Shown piece after piece: positions 26,125-39,115 of a DNA stretch of 64,000 nt. A model generated the notes under the pieces. That model did not search any database, had not been told where the DNA came from, and saw only the letters and a program-made list of their open reading frames with translations. Every line of letters starts with the position of its first letter. Positions within the stretch are counted from its first letter, which is position 1. The position numbers were made by a program, and so were the translations under genes. The DNA lies in NCBI GenBank assembly GCA_965217585.1, contig OZ244561.1, forward strand, positions 3,840,001 through 3,904,000, read 5' to 3'. The DNA comes from Candidatus Latescibacterota bacterium (GTDB lineage: Bacteria > Latescibacterota > UBA2968 > UBA8231).

Positions 26125-28155
26125 ATGATACGGACTACAACCCGAGCCCTGTTTTCGTGTCTTTTGGTACTGTCGGCGGCCAGCGCGACCGAAGCGGGGC
26201 GCGCCAAGGCTTGGCAGCAGCACGCGTACGACGACTTCGCCAAAGGCGAGAGCGAAGGCATCTCCATTGCCGCGGATGGCGCGCTAGAGCTAGCGCCCGC
26301 GCTCGTAGAGTTGGCCTCGTTAGAGGCCGAGCGCGTCTGGTCTATGACACCCAACCCCAAGGGGGGTCTCTACGTGGGCACCGGCGACTCGGGCCGGCTC
26401 TTTGCCGTCGATGACAAGGGGCAAGCCGAGTTGCTGTTCGATTCGCCCGAACTCGTCCTCCACGCCCTGATCGCCGGCCCCGACGGTCGGCTCTACGCTG
26501 GCTCGGCCCCCGACGGCCTAATCTACGCGCTCGACGCCAAGGGGCAGGCGGAAACCCTGCTCCAGACCGGCAGCCACTACGTGTGGGACTTCGCCTTAGT
26601 CGACGGACAACTCTACGCAGCCACGGGCGAACCCGGCCAAGTGCTCAAAATCGCCAAAGACGGGTCTCACGAAGTCTTCTTTGCTCCAGAAGATCGCCAC
26701 GTTATAACCTTGCTCGCCCACGGAGACCGCCTGTACGCCGGCACGGCGGGCAAGGGCCGCATCTACGAGATCGACGGCGAGGGCCGCGGGCGGCTGCTCT
26801 TTGAAAGCGCGCAAGAAGAAATTCACAACCTAGTGGCAGGCATCAACGGAGAAATTTTCGCCAGTGCGATTCCCGCGCCGAGCAAGGGCGAAAATTCCCA
26901 CAAGGTCCCGGCGGCCGTGTACCGCGTCGGAGCGGAGGGGGCGGTCTATCCCATCTGGGAGGATACCGAAGCCCAATTCGTCAATCTCGTTGCAACCGGC
27001 GAGCACCTGCTGCTCAGCGCCTCCAACCCGGCGCGGCTTTTGCGCCTCAGCGCCGATGGCCGCCGGGCGTTGGTCGTGCAGTTTGAAAGCCTCGTCCCCA
27101 GCCGCCTCTTGTTCGGGCCAGGCGGCGCGCTCCACTTGGGCGGGGCGCAAAGCGCCGCCGTTTCTACCCTGCCTGGGAAGGGCCGTCACAAGGGGCACTT
27201 TGAATCAGCGGTCGAGGACTTTGCCATCCACGCGCGGTGGGGCGTGCTCGAATGGCGCGGTACCCAACCTGCAGATACCCGTATAACCGTGCAGACGCGC
27301 ACCGGCAACAGCGAAGAGCCGGACAAAACCTGGAGCGCGTGGTCCGAGCCGCTGACCGAGAGCGGCCAAACCATCGCCAGCCCCCCCGCTCGCTTTATCC
27401 AGTACCGGGTCGAGATGGAATCCACGCGCGACGGAGCCACGCCCCGGCTCAACTCGATCGAAATCCGCGGCGTCCAAGTCAACCTCAAACCCCGCATCAC
27501 CGAGTTACAAACCTTTCCCTTCCGGCCGCAACAATCCGGCAACGGCGGCCAACCCCAAGGCGCACCTCAAGCTGGCCAAGGGCGGCGCAACAATCGGCCC
27601 CCTCATGCGAAAAGCCTGCGCCTAGTGCGCTGGCAGGCCCAAGATCCCAACGAGGACGGGCTGGTGTACGACCTCTATCTCAAGGGCGAGGATCAGCAAG
27701 CGTGGAAGCTGGTCGAAGAGAACATCGCGCACACCTCGATCGTCTGGGACACCGAATCCATGCCCGAAGGCCAGACCCAGCTCAAACTGGTGGCCTCCGA
27801 TCGCATGGACAACCCCGCGGCCGAACGCCTGCGCGACGAGCGCGAAAGCGCGCCCTTCGCCATCGACAACAGCCCGCCCACCGTTGCGCTCGACGCGCAG
27901 ACCAGCGCCGATGGTGCAGTCGTCGAAGTGGCGATTAGCGACCGCATCTCAGCGGTGCAAAAAGCCTATTACACCGTTGACTACGACGATCAACAGCATC
28001 CCATCGCGCCGTTGGACGGCGTCTTTGACAGCCGCGGCGAAAAGGCGCGCTTTGCCGTCGCAGGGCTGGCCGCGGGCGAGCACGTCATTGTCGTGCGGGC
28101 CATTGACGCCCTCGACAACATCGGCGTGCGGCAAATCGTCGTCCAAGTCAAGTGA
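26125..28155 (+). CDS. Secreted beta-propeller protein with C-terminal Ig/Fn3-like domains
   Basis: Signal peptide, repeated LY(V/A)GTG..G.(L/I)Y blades, TRTGNS..PD.TWS.WS, SPPARFIQYR. Confidence 0.75.
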   Translation: MIRTTTRALFSCLLVLSAASATEAGRAKAWQQHAYDDFAKGESEGISIAADGALELAPALVELASLEAERVWSMTPNPKGGLYVGTGDSGRLFAVDDKGQAELLFDSPELVLHALIAGPDGRLYAGSAPDGLIYALDAKGQAETLLQTGSHYVWDFALVDGQLYAATGEPGQVLKIAKDGSHEVFFAPEDRHVITLLAHGDRLYAGTAGKGRIYEIDGEGRGRLLFESAQEEIHNLVAGINGEIFASAIPAPSKGENSHKVPAAVYRVGAEGAVYPIWEDTEAQFVNLVATGEHLLLSASNPARLLRLSADGRRALVVQFESLVPSRLLFGPGGALHLGGAQSAAVSTLPGKGRHKGHFESAVEDFAIHARWGVLEWRGTQPADTRITVQTRTGNSEEPDKTWSAWSEPLTESGQTIASPPARFIQYRVEMESTRDGATPRLNSIEIRGVQVNLKPRITELQTFPFRPQQSGNGGQPQGAPQAGQGRRNNRPPHAKSLRLVRWQAQDPNEDGLVYDLYLKGEDQQAWKLVEENIAHTSIVWDTESMPEGQTQLKLVASDRMDNPAAERLRDERESAPFAIDNSPPTVALDAQTSADGAVVEVAISDRISAVQKAYYTVDYDDQQHPIAPLDGVFDSRGEKARFAVAGLAAGEHVIVVRAIDALDNIGVRQIVVQVK

Positions 28156-29249
28156 ACCAGCCCGCGCAATACATGCGCCGCGCCCTGCGGTTAGCGCAGC
28201 GAGGGCGCGGCAAGGTCAGCCCCAATCCCATGGTTGGCGCGGTGGTGGTGCGCGGGGACTGCATCGTCGGCGAAGGGGCTCACCTGAAGGTCGGCGGCCC
28301 CCATGCCGAGGTCCACGCCCTGCGCCGAGCCGGCGACGAGGCGCGGGGGGCCGATCTCTATGTCACGCTGGAGCCCTGCTCCTTCCACGGCCGCACCCCG
28401 CCCTGTACCGAAGCGGTGCTTCGCGCTGGCATTAAAAGGCTCTACTGCGCTATAGAAGACCCCGACGAGCGCGTGGCTGGGCAGGGAATCGCCGCGCTGC
28501 GCGAAAAGGGCGTCGCCATCGACGTCGGGCTTTGCGCCGAAGAGGCGCGCGGCCTCAACGCGGCCTACATCAAACACCGCACCCAAAACCTGCCCCTGGT
28601 CCTGCTCAAGCTGGCGCAGACCCTCGATGGCCGCATTGCGGCGCGAAGTGGTGATGCGCGTTGGATCACCGGTGCCCAAGCGCGGCGACACGTCCATCGC
28701 TGGCGTTCTTGGGTCGATGCCGTGGCCGTGGGCGCGGGCACGGTGCAAGCCGACGATCCCCTCCTGACGGTGCGCCACGTGCCCGGGCGCGACCCGCGGC
28801 CCATCGTCATAGACGGGCGCTTGCGCACCTCGCCCGAGGCTCGCGTCTACCAGCGGCCCGGCGCCGTGCTCGTCACCGCAGAGGACACGCCAGCCGACAA
28901 GCGCCGCGCCTACGCGGCCAAAGGGGCCGAGGTTTGGACTTTTCCGGCGTCTGCCGGGCGCATCGACTTGCGTCTGCCCCTCGTGCGCATGGCACAAGAG
29001 GGCATGACCAGCCTCCTCATCGAAGGCGGCGGCCAGTTGGCCGCTGCCGCACTCGGCGACCGCGTCGTTGACCAAGTCCTGCTCTACCTCGCACCGCGGC
29101 TGATGGGCGAGGGGGTCGCTGCCATTGGCGACTTGGGAATCGAGCGCGCGGCCGAGGCCATTCGCCTTACGTCCAGCCGCACCCAGCGGCTAGGCCCTGA
29201 CCTGCTCTACATGGCTGAGGTACAATACACTTGTTTACCGGACTCATAG
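28152..29249 (+). CDS. ribD: Riboflavin biosynthesis deaminase/reductase
   Basis: PNPMVGAV, HAE, TLEPC...TPPC, LDGRIA, IEGGG. Confidence 0.95.
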   Translation: MNQPAQYMRRALRLAQRGRGKVSPNPMVGAVVVRGDCIVGEGAHLKVGGPHAEVHALRRAGDEARGADLYVTLEPCSFHGRTPPCTEAVLRAGIKRLYCAIEDPDERVAGQGIAALREKGVAIDVGLCAEEARGLNAAYIKHRTQNLPLVLLKLAQTLDGRIAARSGDARWITGAQARRHVHRWRSWVDAVAVGAGTVQADDPLLTVRHVPGRDPRPIVIDGRLRTSPEARVYQRPGAVLVTAEDTPADKRRAYAAKGAEVWTFPASAGRIDLRLPLVRMAQEGMTSLLIEGGGQLAAAALGDRVVDQVLLYLAPRLMGEGVAAIGDLGIERAAEAIRLTSSRTQRLGPDLLYMAEVQYTCLPDS

Positions 29250-29860
29250 AAGAACTCGGGAGCGTGCGCGGTCGCGTGCGCCGAGGCGCGTTCCAGCAGT
29301 TGGAGATCGAGGCCGAGCGCGTTCTCGCCGGCTTGCAGGTGGGGGATAGCGTCAATATCGATGGGGTTTGCCAGACTGCGGTGGCCATAGGAGAGAGCGG
29401 CTTTGCGGTCGAGACGATCGCCGAAACGCTCGCCCGCACGACCTTGGGCACCCTCGGCATTGGGCAAGCGGTCAACCTAGAGCGCGCCCTCCGCGCCGAC
29501 CAGCGGCTCGGCGGCCACCTCGTCTTGGGACACGTCGATGGCGTCGCCCACATTCGCCGGCGCACTGAGCGCGACGGGGAGCATCGCTTCGAGATTGAGC
29601 CGCCGCCCGCGCTCGCCCGCTATATCGCCGCCAAAGGCTCGGTGGCCCTCGACGGCATCAGCCTGACGGTGGCCGAGGTCGGCGGCGATGCCTTTACGAT
29701 TGCGGTCATACCGCATACATTTGACAATACGACGCTTAGCCAGCGACGCGCCGGTGATTCTGTCAACCTCGAAGTCGATGTGATCGCCCGTTATGTCGAG
29801 CGTTTGCTCGGCGGACAACCCCAGCTCAGCTTCGAAGATTTGCGCGATATGGGATACTGA
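29231..29860 (+). CDS. ribE: Riboflavin synthase
   Basis: MFTGLIEE, GVCQT, VNLERAL, GGHLVLGHVDG, DGISLTV. Confidence 0.95.
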   Translation: MFTGLIEELGSVRGRVRRGAFQQLEIEAERVLAGLQVGDSVNIDGVCQTAVAIGESGFAVETIAETLARTTLGTLGIGQAVNLERALRADQRLGGHLVLGHVDGVAHIRRRTERDGEHRFEIEPPPALARYIAAKGSVALDGISLTVAEVGGDAFTIAVIPHTFDNTTLSQRRAGDSVNLEVDVIARYVERLLGGQPQLSFEDLRDMGY

Positions 29861-29863
29861 GTA

Positions 29864-31114
29864 ATGCTCGATTTTAACACCATTGAAGAAGTCGTCGAGG
29901 ACCTGCAAAGCGGCCGCATGGTCGTGCTCGTCGACGAGTGCGAAGCCGTGGGTGAGGGCGTGTTGGTGATGCTCGCCGAGCGGGCCACCGCCGCCTCGGT
30001 CAACTTCATGACGCGCTGCGCCAGCAGTCCGCCTGTGGTCGCTGCCGCTAGGAAGCACCTCAAAGCCCTCGAACTGCATCTACAGGTCTCCAAGGCCCAC
30101 GAGCCGATGGACGCCTCGATCATGGTCTCGGTCAATGCCCGCGCCATCGAGGGCACTGGCGTCTCGGCTCAGGACCGCGCCGCGACTATCCGCAAACTAG
30201 CCGACCCCGACAGTGCGCCCGAAGACTTCGTCCAGCCTGGGCACGTCACGCCGCTCCAAGCCCAACCGGGCGGGGTGTTGCGCCGCGCCGGCCACACCGA
30301 AGCCTCGGTCGATCTAGCGCAGATGGCCGATTGCCAGCCCGTGGCCATGATCGCCGCCATCCTCGACGAAGCGGGCGCGTTGGCCGACGCATCCTACTTG
30401 CTCAACTTCGCGCGCGAACACGGCTTCAAGATTACCACCATCCACGACCTGATTGCCCATCGCCGACGCACCGAGAAACTAATTCATCTAGAGGCTCAGT
30501 CGCCCATGCCAACTCGCTACGGCGAATTCACGGCCTATGCGTACCGCAGCTTGGTTGACGACAACCCGTACCTCGCCCTCGTGTACGGCGAGGTCTCCGA
30601 CGGCCGCGACACCTTGGTGCGCATGCACTCGGGTTGCCTGACCGGCGACGCGCTCGGCTCGCTGCTGTGCGACTGCGGCGAACAGCTAGCGCAATCCATG
30701 CAGCTCATTGCCGCAGAGGGGCGCGGCGTTATCGTCTATATTCAGCATCACGAAGGGCGCGGCATCGGCATTTTGCACAAGCTCAAGGCATACGAGTTGC
30801 AACAACAGCAGGGCCTCGACACCATTGAGGCCAATCACGCCCTCGGCCACCCCATGGACTCGCGCGACTACGGCATCGGTGCCCAAGTACTCTATGACTT
30901 GGGCTTGCGCCGAGTGCGCTTTTTGACCAACAATCCCAAGAAGCGGGTCGGCTTGGAGGCCTACGGCCTAACCGTCGTCGAGCAAGTGCCCATTGAGGCC
31001 GCTCCCAATCCGCACAATATCCGCTATCTAACAACCAAGCGCGACAAGATGGGCCACGCCCTCTTGCTCAAACGCGCCGCCGCCGAGGACGAAAACCATG
31101 CCCAAAGTGCATGA
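29864..31114 (+). CDS. ribBA: RibBA-type fusion: degenerate DHBP synthase domain plus GTP cyclohydrolase II
   Basis: PGHV.PL and RRAGHTEA in the N-domain; HSGCLTGD...CDCG, EGRGIG, DTIEAN, RDY, TNNPKK in the C-domain. Confidence 0.9.
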   Translation: MLDFNTIEEVVEDLQSGRMVVLVDECEAVGEGVLVMLAERATAASVNFMTRCASSPPVVAAARKHLKALELHLQVSKAHEPMDASIMVSVNARAIEGTGVSAQDRAATIRKLADPDSAPEDFVQPGHVTPLQAQPGGVLRRAGHTEASVDLAQMADCQPVAMIAAILDEAGALADASYLLNFAREHGFKITTIHDLIAHRRRTEKLIHLEAQSPMPTRYGEFTAYAYRSLVDDNPYLALVYGEVSDGRDTLVRMHSGCLTGDALGSLLCDCGEQLAQSMQLIAAEGRGVIVYIQHHEGRGIGILHKLKAYELQQQQGLDTIEANHALGHPMDSRDYGIGAQVLYDLGLRRVRFLTNNPKKRVGLEAYGLTVVEQVPIEAAPNPHNIRYLTTKRDKMGHALLLKRAAAEDENHAQSA

Positions 31115-31565
31115 AGGACAACTCGACGCTCGAGGCCGCAAGTTTGGCATTGCGGTCAGCCGCTTCAACGACTTGGTGACCACCCGGCTCCTCGACGGCG
31201 CGTTGGACTGCATCCAGCGACACGGTGGCGACGGCAGCGACATAGAAATTACCTGGGTCCCCGGTGCCTTTGAACTACCTATTGCCGCCAAGAAGCTAGC
31301 GAGTACGGGTCGCTTTGACGTCGTTATTTGCTTGGGGGCTATCGTCCGCAGCGATACCCCTCACTTCGACTATGTGGCCAGCGAGTCGGCCAAGGGCATT
31401 GCCCGCGTCGGCCTCGACAGCGGCATCCCGGTGATCTTTGGCGTCATCACGGCCGATACGGTCGAGCAGGCCGTGCAGCGCGCAGGCGTCAAGGCCGGCA
31501 ATCGCGGCTGGGACGCCGCCCTCAACGCGGTTGAAATGGCCAGCCTGATGGCCGAGTTAGGATGA
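31098..31565 (+). CDS. ribH: 6,7-dimethyl-8-ribityllumazine synthase
   Basis: [25 protein letters not shown]. Confidence 0.96.
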   Translation: MPKVHEGQLDARGRKFGIAVSRFNDLVTTRLLDGALDCIQRHGGDGSDIEITWVPGAFELPIAAKKLASTGRFDVVICLGAIVRSDTPHFDYVASESAKGIARVGLDSGIPVIFGVITADTVEQAVQRAGVKAGNRGWDAALNAVEMASLMAELG

Positions 31566-32029
31566 GCGGCGAAGACGATTTTTTTGGCGATGGGACCTCT
31601 GCCGACGAGGCACCTCCCAGCAACCGCCACGGTGCCCGCCAAGTGGCCCTACAGGCCCTGTACTGGGAGCAGAGCGCGGCGACCGACTCACTCGGCGCAC
31701 TGGATCAGCTCTGTGCGCGCTTTGGCTTGGCGCAAGAGGTGCAATCCTTTGCGGCCGAACTCTTGCATCGCGCAGGTGAGCATGCGGACGAGCTGGATGC
31801 GCTGGCAGCGGCCCGGGTCCAGAACTGGCGCTGGGAGCGCATCGCCCGCATCGACCGCTTAATCCTGCGCTTGGCTTTGGCCGAAATGCTCTTTATCGAG
31901 GAAGTTCCAATCCGGGTCTCCATCTTTGAAGCCGTCGAACTGGCCAAGTCCTACAGCACTGACAAGTCCTATGCCTTTGTCAATGGCGTCCTCGACGGCG
32001 TCGTGCGCCAGAAGGGGCTCGACGTCTGA
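31562..32029 (+). CDS. nusB: Transcription antitermination factor NusB
   Basis: [41 protein letters not shown]. Confidence 0.93.
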   Translation: MSGEDDFFGDGTSADEAPPSNRHGARQVALQALYWEQSAATDSLGALDQLCARFGLAQEVQSFAAELLHRAGEHADELDALAAARVQNWRWERIARIDRLILRLALAEMLFIEEVPIRVSIFEAVELAKSYSTDKSYAFVNGVLDGVVRQKGLDV

Positions 32030-32130
32030 GTTGAACATGCGTAGAGGCCCCGGCGTCAGTCCGCACGTATGCTTACAAACCAATATCGCAGCCGATCTAC
32101 CCCTATGGTACTAGTTTAAGAGGATTTAGT

Positions 32131-35391
<3,261 letters not shown>

Positions 35392-35405
35392 GCTTGGGGA
35401 GCAAT

Positions 35406-36863
35406 ATGACCGTCTGGGAAGTACTCTGTTTGGTGGTGTATGGCATCATTATTGCCGTTCTCGGCATTTATGGCTTCCATCGCTACCAGCTACTGCGCCT
35501 GTTTTATCGGCATCACCCAACCCCGGTTCCCGAACCCGATCGCTTTCCCAAGCTGCCCTCCGTCACGATTCAGCTACCTCTCTACAACGAATATCACGTG
35601 GTCGAGCGCCTGCTAGAGGCCGTGGGCCAGATCGACTATCCCCGCGACCGCCTACAAATTCAGATTCTCGACGATTCGCAGGACGAGACCTGCGACAAGG
35701 CGCGGGAAGGAGCTGCGCGGCTGTCGGCCCAAGAGCTAGATGTCGAGTACCTAGGCCGGACTCAGCGCCACGGCTTTAAGGCCGGGGCTTTGGCCGCCGG
35801 GCTAGAGCGCACCCAAGGCGAATTCGTGTTGGTGCTCGACGCCGATTTCGTGCCCCCCCCCGACATCCTACAACGGGCTATTCACTACTTCACTGACGAT
35901 TCCATCGGCATGGTGCAGATGCGTTGGGGGCATCTCAATCGCTCCTACTCGCTCCTGACGCGCATCCAGTCGATCTTCCTCGACGGCCATTTCGTCGTCG
36001 AGCACACGGCCCGCAACCGCTCAGGCCGCTTCTTCAACTTCAACGGCACCGCGGGGATCTGGCGCAAAAAGGCCATCTACGACGCCGGCGGCTGGCAGCA
36101 CGACACGCTCACCGAAGATCTCGACTTGAGCTACCGCGCTCAGCTAGCGGGCTGGCAGTTTCTCTATCTACCCGAAATTGAAGTGCCCGGCGAGATACCT
36201 ATCGAGATCAACGCCTTCAAGTCGCAACAGCACCGCTGGACCAAGGGCGCGGTACAGACGGCGAAGAAAGTGCTGCCGCGGATCTGGCGCTCTGCGCTAC
36301 CAGCCAAGATCAAGGTCGAGGCCACCTTCCATCTGACGGCCAACCTCTGCTACATTATGATGCTCTTGATGGGCCTGTTGACCCTGCCGGTGCTCTCCAT
36401 TCGCTCGCAACTCGGCTGGGAGCGGCTCTTGATTATCGACCTGCCGCTGTTTTCTTTTGCCACCATGGCCATTTCCGGCTTCTACATTACCTCCCAGCGC
36501 GTGCTCTACCCGGATTGGCGGCGGCAGATCAAGTATTTGCCCCTGCTGATGGCCATTGGCATGAGCCTCTGCATCAACAACACCCGGGCGGTGATCGAGG
36601 GCCTCGTCGGGTACCAAACCGGCTTCCACCGGACCCCCAAATACGGGCTTACCGGACGCCGCGACCAAGGCCAGCAGCGCAAGTACCTAAGCCGCTGGTC
36701 TCTGCTGTCTGTGGGCGAACTGGGCATGGCGCTCTACTTCGTCGTCGCCCTCTACCACGCCTATGCGACCGGCCTCTACTTGGGGATGCCCTTCCTGCTG
36801 CTCTTCCACGCCGGCTTTCTCTACACCGGCTTGCTCTCCAGCGGCCAGCGCTGGTTGCACTAG
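35406..36863 (+). CDS. GT2 family glycosyltransferase (cellulose-synthase-like)
   Basis: QLPLYNE, LDDS, FKAGAL, DADF, TED, QQHRW plus TM helices; ATG 35406 or TTG 35394. Confidence 0.9.
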   Translation: MTVWEVLCLVVYGIIIAVLGIYGFHRYQLLRLFYRHHPTPVPEPDRFPKLPSVTIQLPLYNEYHVVERLLEAVGQIDYPRDRLQIQILDDSQDETCDKAREGAARLSAQELDVEYLGRTQRHGFKAGALAAGLERTQGEFVLVLDADFVPPPDILQRAIHYFTDDSIGMVQMRWGHLNRSYSLLTRIQSIFLDGHFVVEHTARNRSGRFFNFNGTAGIWRKKAIYDAGGWQHDTLTEDLDLSYRAQLAGWQFLYLPEIEVPGEIPIEINAFKSQQHRWTKGAVQTAKKVLPRIWRSALPAKIKVEATFHLTANLCYIMMLLMGLLTLPVLSIRSQLGWERLLIIDLPLFSFATMAISGFYITSQRVLYPDWRRQIKYLPLLMAIGMSLCINNTRAVIEGLVGYQTGFHRTPKYGLTGRRDQGQQRKYLSRWSLLSVGELGMALYFVVALYHAYATGLYLGMPFLLLFHAGFLYTGLLSSGQRWLH

Positions 36864-36900
36864 TTCAAGACCCGCCAGCCCTCTCCGAGCATAGCGTCCT

Positions 36901-36937
36901 AACACAAAAAGCCCCCAACCTCAAAGGGCCGGGGGCT
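36901..36937 (-). terminator. Rho-independent terminator
   Basis: Minus strand AGCCCCCGGCCCTTTGAGGTTGGGGGC followed by TTTTTGTGTT, between convergent genes. Confidence 0.65.
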
Positions 36938-36969
36938 GGGGGGCTGCATTTGTTTGAACACCGTCTAGA

Positions 36970-37443
36970 TCACTCGGGCCACTCTAGCGGAAAATCCGGC
37001 AATCTATGACGCTCCCACAAGACGCTCATGCCGTTGTGATGTCGCTTGGTGAATTTCTCGATGTGGCGCACGCCGATGTCCACATTGCTCTTCTCGCGCT
37101 TCATCTCGCGCCCCTTGTCCCCCGACAGCTCGATGGACTGCGACACCTTTTCGACATAGAGGTTGTGGGTCAAGCGCAGTTCGCGATATGGGAGATCTTT
37201 GGGTAAGGTTTGCAACTGCGCCACATAGTCGTTGATGAGCTGACGCGCCTCGACTAAATTCCGTTCGGAAATCTCGCTGATCGGCTTTCTCAGGTGTTCA
37301 ATGGTCCTGACAATCCGCTCATTTTTGTCGTCCAGCTTTTTCAACTCCGTCACATAAGCGATAAGCAGTTGCTTATCTTCCTCCTCGGTCCCGCAACCGC
37401 CCAGGCCAACCGCCAGCATCAGTATAGCCAGTTTCTTCAACAT
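36970..37443 (-). CDS. Hypothetical lipoprotein
   Basis: MLKK + hydrophobic stretch + LGGC lipobox; GGAGGT RBS. Confidence 0.8.
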   Translation of the reverse strand: MLKKLAILMLAVGLGGCGTEEEDKQLLIAYVTELKKLDDKNERIVRTIEHLRKPISEISERNLVEARQLINDYVAQLQTLPKDLPYRELRLTHNLYVEKVSQSIELSGDKGREMKREKSNVDIGVRHIEKFTKRHHNGMSVLWERHRLPDFPLEWPE

Positions 37444-37537
37444 ATGGACCTCCCTGTAGGGGTGAGATTGTCTGTTTCGTCGGCCTCAAAATACGCCGCA
37501 GAGAGGCGAAAATCAAGCACTCTCTACTTCGGACCTA

Positions 37538-37566
37538 TTGACGGGGCTTATGCGGCCTCATAATAT
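37538..37566 (+). promoter_or_regulatory. Sigma70-type promoter for purC
   Basis: TTGACG-17 nt-TAATAT. Confidence 0.55.
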
Positions 37567-37610
37567 CAATTTTTTCGCATCCTACGCTCTTACTTGAGGA
37601 CATCTATTCC

Positions 37611-38579
37611 ATGTTAACTCGCGAGCAGATCCAATCCCAGCTCGGCAACTGCCTGTTAGAGGCCAAATTCCCCCAGTGGGAGTCGCGCTATAAGCGCGGC
37701 AAGGTGCGCGATATGTACTTGCTTGAAAACCATCGCGTGCTGATCACTACGGATCGCCAGAGCGCGTTCGACCACGTGCTCGGCACCATTCCTCTCAAGG
37801 GCCAAGTGCTCAACCGCATCGCCCAGTACTGGTTTGAGCAGACCCAAGACATCGCCCCTAATCAAGTCATCTCAGTGCCCGACGCCAACGTCACCATCGC
37901 CCGCGAGCTGGACATCCTGCCCGTCGAGGTGGTGGTGCGCAAGTATCTGACGGGCAGTTCGGACACCGCCATCTGGACCCATTACAACAGAGGCGTGCGC
38001 CACTATTGCGGCCACACTTTGCCCGACGGCATGGTCAAAAACCAGCCCTTCGACGAGGCGATCATCACGCCGACGACCAAGGACGAAGTCCACGACGAGC
38101 TGATTTCGCGCGACGAAATCATCGCCCAAGGCTTGGTGCCAGAAGACACCTGGACCCAAGTCGAGGAGATCGCCCTCGCGCTCTTTGCTCGCGGCGAGGC
38201 GCTAGCGGCCAAGCGAGGGTTAATCCTCGTCGATACCAAATACGAGATGGGGCTGGACGCGGACGGGCGCATCACGCTCGCCGACGAGATCCACACGCCC
38301 GACTCGTCGCGCTTCTGGATCAGAGACACCTACGCGGAACGCCACGCTCGCGGCGCAGAGCCCGAAAGCCTCGACAAGGAATTTTTGCGCCTTTGGCTCC
38401 GCGACAAGGGCATTTCCGATGACAATATCCCCGCACTCGACGACGAGATCCGCATCCAAGTTGCCGAGCGCTATATCGATCTTTTCCAACGGGTTACAGG
38501 CACTGACTTCGCAGCCGAACTCGGCGAAATGCCGATCTTGCAGCGCATCGAGGAGCGGATTGCGGAGTACCTCAACTAA
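37611..38579 (+). CDS. purC: SAICAR synthase
   Basis: GKVRD, TDRQSAFD, PVEVVVR.YLTGS, TPTTK, DTKYE, DEIHTPDSSR, DKEFLR. Confidence 0.96.
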   Translation: MLTREQIQSQLGNCLLEAKFPQWESRYKRGKVRDMYLLENHRVLITTDRQSAFDHVLGTIPLKGQVLNRIAQYWFEQTQDIAPNQVISVPDANVTIARELDILPVEVVVRKYLTGSSDTAIWTHYNRGVRHYCGHTLPDGMVKNQPFDEAIITPTTKDEVHDELISRDEIIAQGLVPEDTWTQVEEIALALFARGEALAAKRGLILVDTKYEMGLDADGRITLADEIHTPDSSRFWIRDTYAERHARGAEPESLDKEFLRLWLRDKGISDDNIPALDDEIRIQVAERYIDLFQRVTGTDFAAELGEMPILQRIEERIAEYLN

Positions 38580-38651
38580 GGTGCGGAATTTGCGCTGGTG
38601 ATCTGCTTAGGAGTTTCGCCTCTCTTCCGGGAATGAAGCGATTAGAGAACC

Positions 38652-38837
38652 ATGGTCAAAAACTTGCTCCGCGCCTTCTTGGTCTTCCGCCTAGAGTTTC
38701 ACCAGCCCACCCTCACTTTCGAGGACATGCTGAGCTATTGGCGACGCGCGCCCATCGTCCAGTACGTGGTTGAAAACGACGATGAGCAGCGCAGCAGTGC
38801 GCTTAAGCGCAGGCTCGACGAGGTCTATCCCTTCTAA
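38652..38837 (+). CDS. Small hypothetical protein
   Basis: 61-aa ORF coupled (TAATG) to the next ORF. Confidence 0.45.
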   Translation: MVKNLLRAFLVFRLEFHQPTLTFEDMLSYWRRAPIVQYVVENDDEQRSSALKRRLDEVYPF

Positions 38838-39115
38838 TGCTGCATCGCCAGCTCAGAAACGCCTTGGAGGAAATTTTCGGCGCATCCTTTGTCGCCGAGG
38901 CACTCGCCAACGCGCCCATTGCCCAGGTTGTCCTCTACGAGCGACGCGAGGATTTCAAAAAGGCCGTCCTCGGCTTCCAGCGGATCAATTTTCGCGACGA
39001 ACACACCGCTTATGCCACGGCCTTGGAGCGCGAGTTGGGCATCGCCCTGATTTGCGCCCTCCTCGACAACGACACGCGCGCGCTGGTTTCCGACCTCGGT
39101 CTCAACTATCTATGA
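38837..39115 (+). CDS. Hypothetical protein
   Basis: 92-aa helical-looking ORF, ATGA overlap with rhaB. Confidence 0.65.
   Translation: MLHRQLRNALEEIFGASFVAEALANAPIAQVVLYERREDFKKAVLGFQRINFRDEHTAYATALERELGIALICALLDNDTRALVSDLGLNYL

Noticed and set aside
28100-28160. FMN riboswitch before ribD
   Set aside because: ribD overlaps the upstream CDS and I saw no RFN-like motif in the leader at 24164-24377
38770-39111. Long N-terminal extension on rhamnulokinase
   Set aside because: The family N-terminus starts at ATG 39112; the extension overlaps a better ORF
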